Source: Chiloscyllium plagiosum
Taxonomy: Eukaryota
Length of the DNA stretch: 64,000 nucleotides
Assembly (NCBI RefSeq): GCF_004010195.1
Contig: NC_057751.1
Coordinates: 14,114,812-14,178,811, forward strand
Direction of reading: 5' to 3'
A program made the translations under genes and the position numbers. Positions 1 to 11,700 of this stretch are shown here, piece by piece. The notes beneath the pieces were generated by a model. The model was not told the origin of the DNA and made no database searches. It saw nothing but the letters and a program-made list of their open reading frames with translations. The first letter of the stretch is position 1, and the number at the start of each line of letters is the position of its first letter.

Positions 1-1478
1 CACACACACACACACACACAGTCAGAGAGATATGTCTCACACACACAGACACACACACACACGGTCAGAGAGATATGTCTCACACACACACACAGTCAGA
101 GAGATATGTCTCACACACACAGACACACACACACACGGTCAGAGAGATATGTCTCACACACACACACAGTCAGAGAGATATGTCTCACACACACAGACAC
201 ACACACACACGGTCAGAGAGATATGTCTCACACACACACACAGTCAGAGAGATATGTCTCACACACACAGACACACACACACACGGTCAGAGAGATAGGT
301 CACACACACACACATAGACACACACGGTCAGAGAGATATGTCACACACACACACACACACAGTCAGAGAGATATGTCTCACACACACAGACACACACACA
401 CACGGTCAGAGAGATCACACACACACACACACACACACACAGAGTCAGAGAGTTAGGTCTCACACACACAGTCAGAGAGATAGGTCTCAGACACACACAC
501 ACACAGACACACACGGTCAGAGAGAAAGGTCACACAGACACACACACACGGTCAGAGAGATATGTCTCACACACACACAGACACACACACACAGTCAGAG
601 AGATATGTCTCACACACACAGACACACACACACACGGTCAGAGAGATAGGTCACACACACACACNNNNNNNNNNNNNNNNNNNCACACACACACACACAC
701 AGTCAGAGAGATAGGTCACACACACACGGTCAGAGAGATATGTCACACACACACAGAGTCAGAGAGATAGGTCACACTCACACATACACACGGTCAGAGA
801 GATAGGTCACACACACAGTCACACACACACGATCAAAGAGTTAGGTCTCACACACAGACACACACACACGATCAAAGAGTTAGGTCTCAGACACATACAC
901 ACACACACAGATAGGTCACACACACGGTCAGAGAGATAGGTCACACACACACACGCACACAGACACACACGGTCAGAGAGATAGGTCGCACAGACACACA
1001 CACACACACACATGGTCAGAGAGATAGGTCACACACACACACGCACACAGACACACACGGTCAGAGAGTTAGGTCGCACAGACACACACACACACACACA
1101 CATGGTCAGAGAGATAGGTCACACACACACACATAGACACACACGGTCAGAGAGATAGGTCACACACGCACGCACACACAGAGTCAGAGAGATAGGTCAC
1201 ACTCACACATGGTCAGAGAGATAGGTCACACTCACACACACACACAGACACACGGTCAGAGAGATAGGTCACACTCACACGGTCAGAGAGATATGTCACA
1301 CACACACACATAGACACACACGGTCAGAGAGATATGTCTCACACACACACACACACACACGGTCAGAGAGATAGGTCTCACACACGGTCAGAGAGATAGG
1401 TCACACACACACACATAGACAGACACGGTCAGAGAAATAGGTCACATTCTCTCTCTCTCACTCACACACACACACACA
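1..1478. repeat. (CA)n-based minisatellite with a GTCAGAGAGATA(T/G)GTC(TC) core
   Basis: The core recurs dozens of times, separated by variable (CA)n tracts. It contains a short N gap near 665-683. The H/T/R-rich ORFs at 32-649 are translations of this repeat. Confidence 0.95.
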
Positions 1479-1639
1479 ACCCCAGGGTGTTGTCCCGCCT
1501 GTCCATCCCTGCTCCTGCACTCCAATCCTCTAGCCATGGAGAGCCCAACATCCCATTGGCCTCCCCACGTCCCCCAGCTCCTGCAAGGCTGACTTTCAGT
1601 GACTGGTTTCAGAGGGGTACCCAGGTCTCACTGCACCTC

Positions 1640-2190
1640 CCGTTTTGCCACTTCATCACCACCTACCTTCCTGTTTCTGCGCTCAAAGTGGACGAGCTCA
1701 CATTTCTTCCCATGAACCTGCCGTTCCGATCTATATCCCCCTCACAGGCCACCGTCCCAATCAGCCTTGTGTTATTTGCAAACTTCAGGGTGTCACACTT
1801 CGGTCCCTTGTCTCCATCATGTCTGTCTATTCGGGAGAGCTGAGGATACTGCGGTATCACACTTATCAGAGCGGAGCACTTGGAAGAAGATGGACTTATT
1901 CCAACACCAGCCAGTCCGCTATCCATGTGCTTTCCACCTGTCTACTAACCTCAGCCAAAACCTTCCCAACGTCTGAGTAGCGAAACCAAATCCGCTGGCT
2001 CCTCCTTATCATCTCAAAAAGCCAGATCCTCAAAATATTCTGTCCACCCTTGTTACTGTTTTCTGGGCGATCTGCTGGGAAATCTTTTATAACGGACTCT
2101 AGAATCTTCTCCGTGACCGATGTCAGACTCACTGGTCAATAATTCCCTGTTTTCACCCGAGCTTCCTTCTTTAAACAGTGGGGTGACAGG
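1640..2190 (-). mobile_element. Old degraded CR1-type LINE ORF2 (reverse transcriptase) fragment
   Basis: Minus-strand peptides SLTSVTEKILESVIKD and LKFANNTRLIGTV resemble the CR1 RT motifs SLTSVVGKILESIIKD and SKFADDTKLGG. Confidence 0.7.
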
Positions 2191-3118
2191 AGACTGGATA
2201 CCCTGCAGTGTGGAATCAGGCTCTTCAGCGCAACAAGTCCACACCAACCCTCCGAAGAGTAACCCACCCAGACCCATTTCCCTGAGCACTATGGGTAATT
2301 TCCCATGGCCAATCCTCCCTAACCTGCACATCCCTGAGCACTCTGGGTAATTTAGTACGGCCAATCCACCCTAACCTGCACATTCCTGGGCACTATGGGG
2401 TAATTTAGCATGGCCAATCCTCCCTAACCTGCACATTCCTGGGCACTATGGGGTAATTTAGCATGGCCAATCCACCCTAACCTGCACATCCCTGAACACT
2501 ATGGGTAATTTCCCATGGCCAATCCACCCTAACCTATACATTCCTGGGCACTATGAGTAATTTAGCATTGCCAATCCACCATAACCTGCACATCCCTGAA
2601 CACTATGGGTAATTTAGCATGGCCAATCCACCCTAACCTGCACATCCCTGAACACTATGGGTAATTTAGCATGGCCAATCCACCCTAACCTCCTCATCCC
2701 TGAGCACTATGGGGTAATTTCCCATGGCCAATCCACCCTAACCTGCATACCCTGAGCACTATGGGTAATTTAGCACGGCCAATCCACCCTAATCTACACA
2801 TCCCTGAACACTATGGGTAATTTAGCATGGTCAATCCACCCTGACCTGCACATCCTTGAACACTATGGGTAATTTAGCATGGCCAATCCACCCTAACCTG
2901 CACATCCTTGAACACTATGGGTAATTTAGCATGGCCAATCCATCCTAACCTGCACATCTTTGGACTGTGGGAGGAAACCGGAGCACCCGGAGGAAACCCA
3001 CGCAGACACGTGGAGAATGTGCAAACTCCACACAGACAGTCGCCCAAGGCTGAAATTGAACCCAGGTCCCTGGCGCCGTGAGGCAGCAGTGCTAACTAGT
3101 GAGCCACCATGCTGCCCC
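2191..3118 (-). mobile_element. HE1-like V-SINE with an internal 52-bp tandem expansion
   Basis: The minus strand starts with a tRNA-like head (GGGGCAGCATGGTGGCTC...GGGTTCAATTTC), then the V-domain GTGTGGAGTTTGCACATTCTCC...GGGTTTCCTCCGGGTGCTCCGGTTTCCTCCCAC, and ends in a CR1-like tail. The same family occurs at 6074 and 29622. Confidence 0.9.
2287..2958. repeat. Tandem array of 13 copies of a 52-53 bp unit inside the SINE
   Basis: The unit CACTATGGGTAATTTAGCATGGCCAATCCACCCTAACCTGCACATCCCTGAA starts at 2287, 2339, 2391, 2444, 2497, 2549, 2601, 2653, 2705, 2757, 2809, 2861 and 2913. Confidence 0.95.
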
Positions 3119-3651
3119 TAAAGCTACTCTCCAATGGATCCAGCATCGATACAATGAATCTCCGAAGATAACCACTGATGTGTCCACTCTTGCTCGGGCC
3201 ATTTCCTCACATGGTTTGGGATGTGGATCATCAGACTGTATCTGACCTGCGTCTATCAACATTGCCAATATCATTTTGCTCTGAACCCAGATCTCCTCGC
3301 ATTCCTTCCCCTCACTGGACACCATGTTTCCCGAAGATTGCTGGCCACTTCCTGTGTCCGGATGGAACCAATTTTGGGTTCAGTTGGCCTCTCTGTTCCC
3401 CATTTATCGTGCTCCCTTCCCCCCCCCCCCCAGTTTCTGAGAAACCAGTTGGAAGCATTGAGGAAGAGATGGAAATGGACTTCCCCGGCAGCACTTCAGG
3501 ACAACTCCCTGAAGGGTCCCGTTGTGCACTGCTCTGGGTTCCAGCCTCTTGCTATCTGATCATGGAAAACAAAGGACTGTGGACCACCCCTGGAGATGGG
3601 CAAGAATGGCACAAACAACTAGAGAAACTCAGCAGGTCTGGCCACGCCTGC

Positions 3652-3690
3652 AGAGAGAGAGAGAGAGAGAAGTGGGGGGTGGGGAGAGAC

Positions 3691-3726
<36 letters not shown>

Positions 3727-3808
3727 CGGGGGAGGGAGGGAGAAAGAGAGACAGAGAGAGAGAGAGGGATAGAGAGACAGGAGAGAGAGAGAGAGAGAGA
3801 GATACAGA
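3652..3808. repeat. (GA)n-rich microsatellite
   Basis: Long interrupted AG tracts. They explain the RE-rich and SL-rich ORFs at 3522-4025. Confidence 0.95.
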
Positions 3809-4145
3809 GTTGATGTTTCAGGCCTCCACATTGTACGGTTCTGTCTGCTGTCTTGCCACAGACGCTGCCAGACCTGTTGAGGTTCCGCAGCGTTGTTATA
3901 TTTCGGTTGTTGGTCGATACCAGATCATCTACAGGTAACGTGAAGTCTGACCTCTGTGAGTAAACATCATGAAAACCAACTGACAGATTGTGAAGCTGGA
4001 GATGAGGACAAAGACACATTCCCACTTGGAGAAACCTGGCAACCCACCAGGAAAACCGAGAGGGTTTCAGGTTGGTATTGAACGCTGAAGGTGAGGAGTC
4101 CAGGCCTCAGCTTGGACCCCCAGAGGGTGAAGCCAGCATACTGAC

Positions 4146-4247
4146 CTGGTTACACGTGTTGATCTCAGTTCCATTCTTCAGGTAGTCAAGGAGTTTGTCC
4201 AAGTTCCCAGATCGAGCAGCTCGGAGGAAACTGGTTGCAGCGTCTGC
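4146..4247 (-). CDS. ANK1: Ankyrin-1 (ankyrin-R) internal coding exon, equivalent to human ANK1 exon 2; partial gene
   Basis: 102-bp phase 0/0 exon encoding [34 protein letters not shown]. This is 29/34 identical to human ANK1 as I recall it ([34 protein letters not shown]). The ADAATS and ARSG residues distinguish it from ANK2 and ANK3. Acceptor ttttaacctgtgtttctccttag and donor CAG|gtcagt are canonical. Confidence 0.93.
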
Positions 4248-4301
4248 CTAAGGAGAAACACAGGTTAAAATGGTCAGCTGTGGACAGGGCCTAGGAACCC
4301 A

Positions 4302-5610
4302 GCACAGACACACAAACACACACGCACACACACGCATACACAGAGACACACACGCAGACATACGCACACACACACAGACACGCACAGAGACACACACAGA
4401 CACACACGCACAGACACACGCACAGACACATACACAGAGACACACACACAGCCACACACACACAGCCNNNNNNNNNNNNNNNNNNNNNNNNNNNNNNNNN
4501 NNNNNNNNNNNNNNNNNNNNNNNNNNNNNNNNNNNNNNNNNNNNNNNNNNNNNNNNNNNNNNNNNNNNNNNNNNNNNNNNNNNNNNNNNNNNNNNNNNNN
4601 NNNNNNNNNNNNNNNNNNNNNNNNNNNNNNNNNNNNNNNNNNNNNNNNNNNNNNNNNNNNNNNNNNNNNNNNNNNNNNNNNNNNNNNNNNNNNNNNNNNN
4701 NNNNNNNNNNNNNNNNNNNNNNNNNNNNNNNNNNNNNNNNNNNNNNNNNNNNNNNNNNNNNNNNNNNNNNNNNNNNNNNNNNNNNNNNNNNNNNNNNNNN
4801 NNNNNNNNNNNNNNNNNNNNNNNNNNNNNNNNNNNNNNNNNNNNNNNNNNNNNNNNNNNNNNNNNNNNNNNNNNNNNNNNNNNNNNNNNNNNNNNNNNNN
4901 NNNNNNNNNNNNNNNNNNNNNNNNNNNNNNNNNNNNNNNNNNNNNNNNNNNNNNNNNNNNNNNNNNNNNNNNNNNNNNNNNNNNNNNNNNNNNNNNNNNN
5001 NNNNNNNNNNNNNNNNNNNNNNNNNNNNNNNNNNNNNNNNNNNNNNNNNNNNNNNNNNNNNNNNNNNNNNNNNNNNNNNNNNNNNNNNNNNNNNNNNNNN
5101 NNNNNNNNNNNNNNNNNNNNNNNNNNNNNNNNNNNNNNNNNNNNNNNNNNNNNNNNNNNNNNNNNNNNNNNNNNNNNNNNNNNNNNNNNNNNNNNNNNNN
5201 NNNNNNNNNNNNNNNNNNNNNNNNNNNNNNNNNNNNNNNNNNNNNNNNNNNNNNNNNNNNNNNNNNNNNNNNNNNNNNNNNNNNNNNNNNNNNNNNNNNN
5301 NNNNNNNNNNNNNNNNNNNNNNNNNNNNNNNNNNNNNNNNNNNNNNNNNNNNNNNNNNNNNNNNNNNNNNNNNNNNNNNNNNNNNNNNNNNNNNNNACGC
5401 ACCCACATACACATAGACATAAACACACACGCAAACACATACACACACACAGGCAGACACATATACAGACACATGGACACTCAAACCCACACACACACAG
5501 AGATACACACACACACACAAAGATACACATACAGATACACACACACAGACACATACACAGAGATACACAGACACAGACACAGACACACACACACAGATAC
5601 ACACACACAG
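4302..5610. repeat. (CA)n-like low-complexity tract spanning a 929-N gap (4468-5396)
   Basis: CA/CAGA/CATA repeats lie on both sides of the gap. Confidence 0.9.
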
Positions 5611-6073
5611 GACTGAATTTTCATCCCTGGCTTGACAGGGACTATGTCAGCAACTGGGATTCGAACCCATTCCCAATCCCGAGGCAGAGTGAACCAGCCT
5701 TTCCCTGACGAACACGAGGCTCAGGGCCACGTTGTAGTCAGAACCCAGCCCCACTGTCATATTCAGGTCTCTTCTGTTGTTATCCACAAGGCCTTGGGGA
5801 ACGGAGCCAAGGTGGGAGCATGAGCCAGCTGCCTTCACAGCACAGCCTGTGGGTCAAGGAGGACCACCAACTGCCTGATAACTCACCAAGGGAAAGCTGA
5901 CAGAGGAAGCTAACCAAGTGGTCTGGGAGCTCACTGACCATGGTGCCGATGGTGGGGTCATGGAGACTGCAAGGGCCCAGACACCTGAAGGAACACACCT
6001 GCAGCGTGGAGCTGGTGAAACACAGGCTGGAAAGGGGGTGGGGGTCAGAACTCTATGGATGAGTGCATCTCAC

Positions 6074-6314
6074 AGATTAGATTAGATTCCCTACAGTGTG
6101 GAAACAGGCCCAACCAGTCCACACCAACCCTCCGAAGAGTAGCCCACCCAGATCCATTCCCTGACATTTCCTCCTGACTAATCCATCTAACACGACGGGC
6201 AATTGAGCACGGCCAATTCACCTGACGTGCACATCTTTGGGCTGTGGGAGGAAACCGGAGCACCCGGAGGAAACCCACGCAGACACGGGGAGAACGTGCC
6301 ATCTCCACACAGAC
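6074..6314 (-). mobile_element. 5'-truncated HE1-like V-SINE
   Basis: It has a (TAGAT)n tail, a CR1-like 3' region and the V-domain GGAGGAAACCGGAGCACCCGGAGGAAACCCACGCAGAC. The tRNA head is absent. Confidence 0.9.
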
Positions 6315-7239
6315 GGGCTTGTGAAGTGGGAGGTGATGACAGAAACAGGGAGGGATTCAAAAACCAACAACACGTTTCCAGTCACAGTCAGCGACAACAC
6401 CAGGCAGAAGAGCAAAGGGATTTCACTATTACACAGCAACGTTCCCCAAGTGCAGCGTTGGAATACTCAAGGATGCAGCGAGGCAGGAGCTAGGGGGAGG
6501 GGGATGGGGGGAGGATTTCTGCTTCAGGGGGAGCTAAACAACGGGGAAATGGAGGAAGGTGAGGGAGAGGCTGGAGATTGCCAGTCTCAGAGATGGTGCA
6601 TGGAAGAGGGGCTGGATGCTCAGCTCAGGGTCGCAGAGTGTTGCCATGGTGTCGACGGCCAGGGAATGGAGTTTGGAGCTCCCCAGGATTTAACTGGAGG
6701 TTGTTGACGGCTCATCGATGACGGTGCGCATCAGAGAAACACACTGGAGGAAGACCTCCAATCTCTGGCAGTGCCCATGAGGAATCCCAGTGACGCATAT
6801 GTGTGGGCTGACAGCTATTTCTCTTCTCTCCGGCCTATATATAGGCATCAGCTGGTTGGAGGGCCTGACTCACACACTACCACAGACAGAGCTTGGGCAG
6901 CTCACTGTCAAACTCAGGGAAATGTGAACACTGCCACGCGAGCAGATGACCCAAACACAAACAAGGACTCATTAACAGCACAAACACACTGTGAGTGCTC
7001 CCTGATACACAGTGCTTCATTCACAATCTCCCCGTGTTCAAATAACTCTCACATTAGCCACTTGGCATGGACTGACTGCACAGCTCAGGGATCAGCTGAT
7101 TTATCCACTGTTAACCTCCCTCCCTGCGCGTTTCACTGCTCATTCCATCGCTGGTAGTTACAGGGGATCACTGTCAAACATCAACGTCGCAAAGACTGTG
7201 CCCACACAGAGACCGGGCCGTACTGTACACGGACAGAGA

Positions 7240-7739
7240 NNNNNNNNNNNNNNNNNNNNNNNNNNNNNNNNNNNNNNNNNNNNNNNNNNNNNNNNNNNNN
7301 NNNNNNNNNNNNNNNNNNNNNNNNNNNNNNNNNNNNNNNNNNNNNNNNNNNNNNNNNNNNNNNNNNNNNNNNNNNNNNNNNNNNNNNNNNNNNNNNNNNN
7401 NNNNNNNNNNNNNNNNNNNNNNNNNNNNNNNNNNNNNNNNNNNNNNNNNNNNNNNNNNNNNNNNNNNNNNNNNNNNNNNNNNNNNNNNNNNNNNNNNNNN
7501 NNNNNNNNNNNNNNNNNNNNNNNNNNNNNNNNNNNNNNNNNNNNNNNNNNNNNNNNNNNNNNNNNNNNNNNNNNNNNNNNNNNNNNNNNNNNNNNNNNNN
7601 NNNNNNNNNNNNNNNNNNNNNNNNNNNNNNNNNNNNNNNNNNNNNNNNNNNNNNNNNNNNNNNNNNNNNNNNNNNNNNNNNNNNNNNNNNNNNNNNNNNN
7701 NNNNNNNNNNNNNNNNNNNNNNNNNNNNNNNNNNNNNNN
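7240..7739. other. 500-N scaffolding gap, probably of unknown true size
   Basis: Exactly 500 N, whereas the other gaps have irregular lengths (about 19, 929 and 94). Confidence 0.9.
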
Positions 7740-8909
7740 CAGCATTGTTAGATTGTGAGCCACTGTCATGATCCAACTGCAAAGAGACTTCCCCTTGTAT
7801 CTTTTGAGGATGAGCATATTGAAGGAATTTCTGAATGTAAATTGGATCATTCAGAAAGTAAGAAAGGTGAATGGAAGAGGTTATTTGTACGAAAGAGGGG
7901 ACAGTTTGGGAGAGAAAAAAATAACACCGAGGGAAGCAGGAACAAAAGAGGGTTGGAGTTGAAAGCATTGACAGCAGCACATTGAAAGCAATTTGAGAAG
8001 AATTTGGTGAGCGGAGACACCCCTTTATGATGTTTTGATGTACCAGATTGTTTGTTGGAGCTGCATACAATAATGATTCACCACTGTGTTCCAGGGGTCA
8101 TAGCATTGAGCCAAAAAGATCAGCTTCCTCTTCAGTAGAGTGAGTGATTGCACTATTAGGTTGAAAGAGGAATGCCACGGATTCTCTTCAGTCGGGAGAG
8201 ATTGATAAGGGTCTCTGAGTTAATGCAGAAGCAGCAGGAATTGCAGCATTTGATGCTTCTGTTCAAGTTGAGTGAATAAAGTTTTTCTGAGTGTAAGTGA
8301 CAGAAGTTGTATTAAAGTATCATCTACTGTGTAAATGACTGGACTTGATGAGCACTATTCCAAATGGGAATTGAAACTTGAAGGTCAAGTTAAAACAAGC
8401 TTGTGAGGATGCTCTCACACACAGGTTATTATGAGCCAATGCATGCAGAATGTGACTGAGAAAGCTGGTAATTGAGTAATGGCTATTCTGCATTATGCTC
8501 CTGGTTTCTTCAGTGATTGAGAGTACATGACCAGTCCGACACAGTTTCCAAGTCGGACCATAAATGAGACTTTTGACTTGGTTGAACGCTGTTGGAGCTA
8601 TTAGTTGGAATCTCAGTAGATGTACCAAAGGACTTTATTAGAAGGTGTACACAATGTAGCTGGCTTCAAAGAAACGTTTCTTTTCCTCCAGAGCAGTGGT
8701 ACATTGAAAATATCGCAGACAGATGCTCCAGTCAGCGATGAGATAGCATCAATATCTCTGTTTGTGGGGTAAATCATCTCTCCAGAAAAACTCTGCATGT
8801 GGGCTATCTGGTCACTTGCACTTGTAAAGGTATTTGATGCCTTCATCATGCTGCTCTCTTTTTTTTGTTTAAAAGGCTGGATGCAAAACAGCGTTTTTTT
8901 TTCAGTAGC

Positions 8910-9005
8910 CAGGGGAGGTGATGGCTCGTGGTGTTATCATGAGATGATTAATCCAGACACTCAGGTAATGTCCTGAGGACCCAAATACTTTGTCACTACC
9001 ATGTT
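8910..9005 (+). mobile_element. Degraded tRNA-derived SINE head
   Basis: GGGGAGGTGATGGCTCGTGGTGTTATCA...TTAATCCAGACACTCAGGTAATGTCCTGAGGACC resembles shark tRNA-SINE 5' ends. Confidence 0.45.
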
Positions 9006-9089
9006 GCCATGGCATCAAGATGCTGCAACTAATTTTGATAGGTGCTGTGTGTCTGGTTCTGTTCATTGGATGGAGAATTGATGCCAAGC

Positions 9090-10500
9090 CATAGAATTGT
9101 ACAGCATGAAAACAAACCCTTCAGACCAACTCTTCCAGGCAACTTGATATCCTAAATTGGCTTAGTCCTATTTGGTAGCATTTGGCCCATATCCTCCTTA
9201 ATGCTTCCTGTTCATATACCCATCCAGATGCCTTTTATATGCTGTACAGGCCTCCACCACTTCCTCTGGCAGCTCCTTTTATACACTAACCACTCTCTGC
9301 GTGAAAAAGTTGCCCCTTGGGTCCCTTTTAAATCTTTTCCCCTCTCACCTTAAACCCATGCCCTTCAGTTTCATACTCCTGTTCCCTGGGGAAAAAGATC
9401 TTGTCTATTTACCCAGGCCATGCCCCTCATGATTTTATAAACCCCTATGAGGTCACCTCTCAGCCTCCAATGCTCCAGGGAAAATAGCCCCAGCCTGTTC
9501 AGCCTCTCCCTGTAGCTCAAACCCTCCAACTCTGGCAACATCCTTGTAAATCTTTTCTGAACCCTTTCAAGTTTCACAACATCTTTCTGTCGCCGGGAGG
9601 TAAGAATTGGTTGTGGTATTCCAAAAGTGGCCAAACCAATGTCTTGTACAACAGCAACATAACATCCCTACTTGCATACTGACTAATTAAGGTAAGCATA
9701 CCAAATGCCTTTGTCACTACTCTGTTTACCCACATACTTTAAAGGAACTATGAACCTGTACTCCAAGGTCACTTTGTTCAGCAGGACCTTCACATTAAGT
9801 GTACAAGTCTTGCCCAATTTGCCTTTCCAAAATGTAGCTTCTCAGATTTATCTGAATTAAACTCCTCAGCCCATCTAATCAAGGTCCCCTTGTACTTGGA
9901 GATAACCTTATTCACTGTCCTGGAAAGCACAGATTGTCATGTCATCTGCACACTTAGTAACCATGCTTCCTATGTCTATATCCAAATCATTTATATAAAT
10001 GACAAAAGGCAGTGGACCTAACACCAATTCCTGTGGCACGTGACTGGTCACAAGTCTCCAGTCTGAAAAGCAAACCTCCCACCACCACCACTCTCTGGCC
10101 TCTCCCTTCAAGCCAATTATGTATCCAAATGTCTAGTTCTTCCTGGACTCCATGTGATCTAACCTTGCTAACCAGTTTATCATGTGGAAACTAGTCTGTA
10201 TGACTTCAGCAAGGCGTTCAACAATGTCCATCACTCTGCCTTTATCAATCATCTTTGACACTTCTACAAAAGACTGTGTCAATTTAGTGGGACACGATTT
10301 CCCATGGACAAAGTCTATCCCATATCAGTCCTTGCCTTTCCAAATACATGTAAATCCTGTTGCTCAGAATCCCCTCCAACAACTTGTTCACCCAGAAAAT
10401 AGTTCTCTGACTTTGTCTTGTTACCTTTCTTAAATAATGGCACCATATTAGCAAACCTTTAGTCTGCGCGCCTTACCTGTGCGCCTTACCTGTGGCTGTT
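9090..10500 (-). mobile_element. HER1/CR1 LINE, 5'-truncated and decayed
   Basis: Minus-strand peptides KDVVKLERVQKRFTRMLPELEGLSYRERLNRLGLFSLE and VTSHVPQELVLGPLPFVIYINDLD are CR1 ORF2. The 3' UTR lies near 9090-9200. Confidence 0.93.
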
Positions 10501-11602
10501 GATTGATTGTAGAGTCATGGGACTAATGTCTTTTAATTGTTTGTATGTTGAAGGAAGATTATCTTCAATACTGATTATGTAATTTAAGAGCATGGGTGGA
10601 AAAGCTCAAACATGAGGAAGTTGAAAAGGAAGGAAAACATTCACAAGATTCGAACGTGAACGATAAAAACTGTGCATAATATTGACTATCGTTTAATAGG
10701 TAATATGTGATAACTGTGACAATCAGCACTATATTGTGCATTATCACAGATGTATGGGTGGGGCATTTATAATCATTAAACAGGGCATGCGCTGCTTCTC
10801 TCGGAGATGGAGAGGTTGCAAGCTATTGTGTTTTACCCCAGTGATTACCTCTGGCCAGTTCTAACCAAATATTGAGTGCAAATTGAGTTTTCACTTGCAA
10901 GGTAGGTATGACTGATAACATGATAAAGGCAAGCAAAGGAAATTATCTGTTAAAATTTGATCAATTATGCAAAATAATTATTTGAAAAACTGTGAATCCT
11001 ACTGCGCTGTGACACTTGAAGATGAAAATTCTGATTGATGGCCACATACGAATTTGCATTCAGTGCTTAACAAAAAATTTCGGTTCTCCGGTATATCCGG
11101 TTCAATTGTCAATTCTTCAAAGAACATCTCGTTTTTTTAAATCTGGGAGAAAACAAAATTTAAACTGTGTTTTGAACTGTAAGTCAGCAGGGCTGTGCCT
11201 ACAAAAGCTCCAGGACAGAGGTTTGATTGCTCCCTGATTTCCTCCCATTATCAACTCACTGGACGTTCACAGAATAGATTCTTAGTTGTAGGTATTATAT
11301 GAATATACCTCTGAACCTACCGGAAGCTATTAGTATGCCTTGGTGGCATCAGAATCCAAGCCGGACACTATTCCAAGTGCCCGTTACACATTGTGGAGTG
11401 TTAGAGAGGGAGCTGGCCAGTTTTAAACTTTTCTTAAAATTGTGATTCTGGTTCAGAAGTATTGTGGTCAAGTTTGAGGGTCATTGAGTATTTTGATTTT
11501 AGTGTGGTGTTGTGATTCTTGTATTGCAAATAAAGAGTTGGGGAGCTGACTGGTTTGATTTGGTTGCCTGTATTCGTGTCAAAACAGAGTAGATATGTAT
11601 GT

Positions 11603-11700
11603 TTTCTGAGGAAGAGTCACTTCACCCAAAATGTGAACTCTGATTTCTCAGCACAGATGCTGTCAGGCCTGCTGAACTTGGCCAGCAATTTCTGTTTGTG
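11603..11700 (+). mobile_element. Degenerate PLE terminal-repeat (pLTR) fragment
   Basis: TTCTGAGGAAGAGTCACTTCACCCAAAATGTGAACTCTGATTTCTCAGCACAGATGCTGTCAGGCCTGCTGAAC is similar to the repeats at 12580-12770 and 13500-13580. Confidence 0.55.

Noticed and set aside
32..1013. His/Thr-rich and Cys/Val-rich ORFs
   Set aside because: They are translations of the CA minisatellite and are open in several frames.
2287..2958. CRISPR-like regular array
   Set aside because: The units are contiguous with no unique spacers, there are no cas genes, and the array sits inside a vertebrate SINE.
3120..3420. Possible L1 ORF2 C-terminal remnant (CPLLLGPFPHMVWD)
   Set aside because: Only a faint resemblance to the Cys/His-Trp motif, and it needs several frameshifts.
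4248..8070. Longest ORFs in the track (230-448 aa)
   Set aside because: They run through N gaps and CA repeats.
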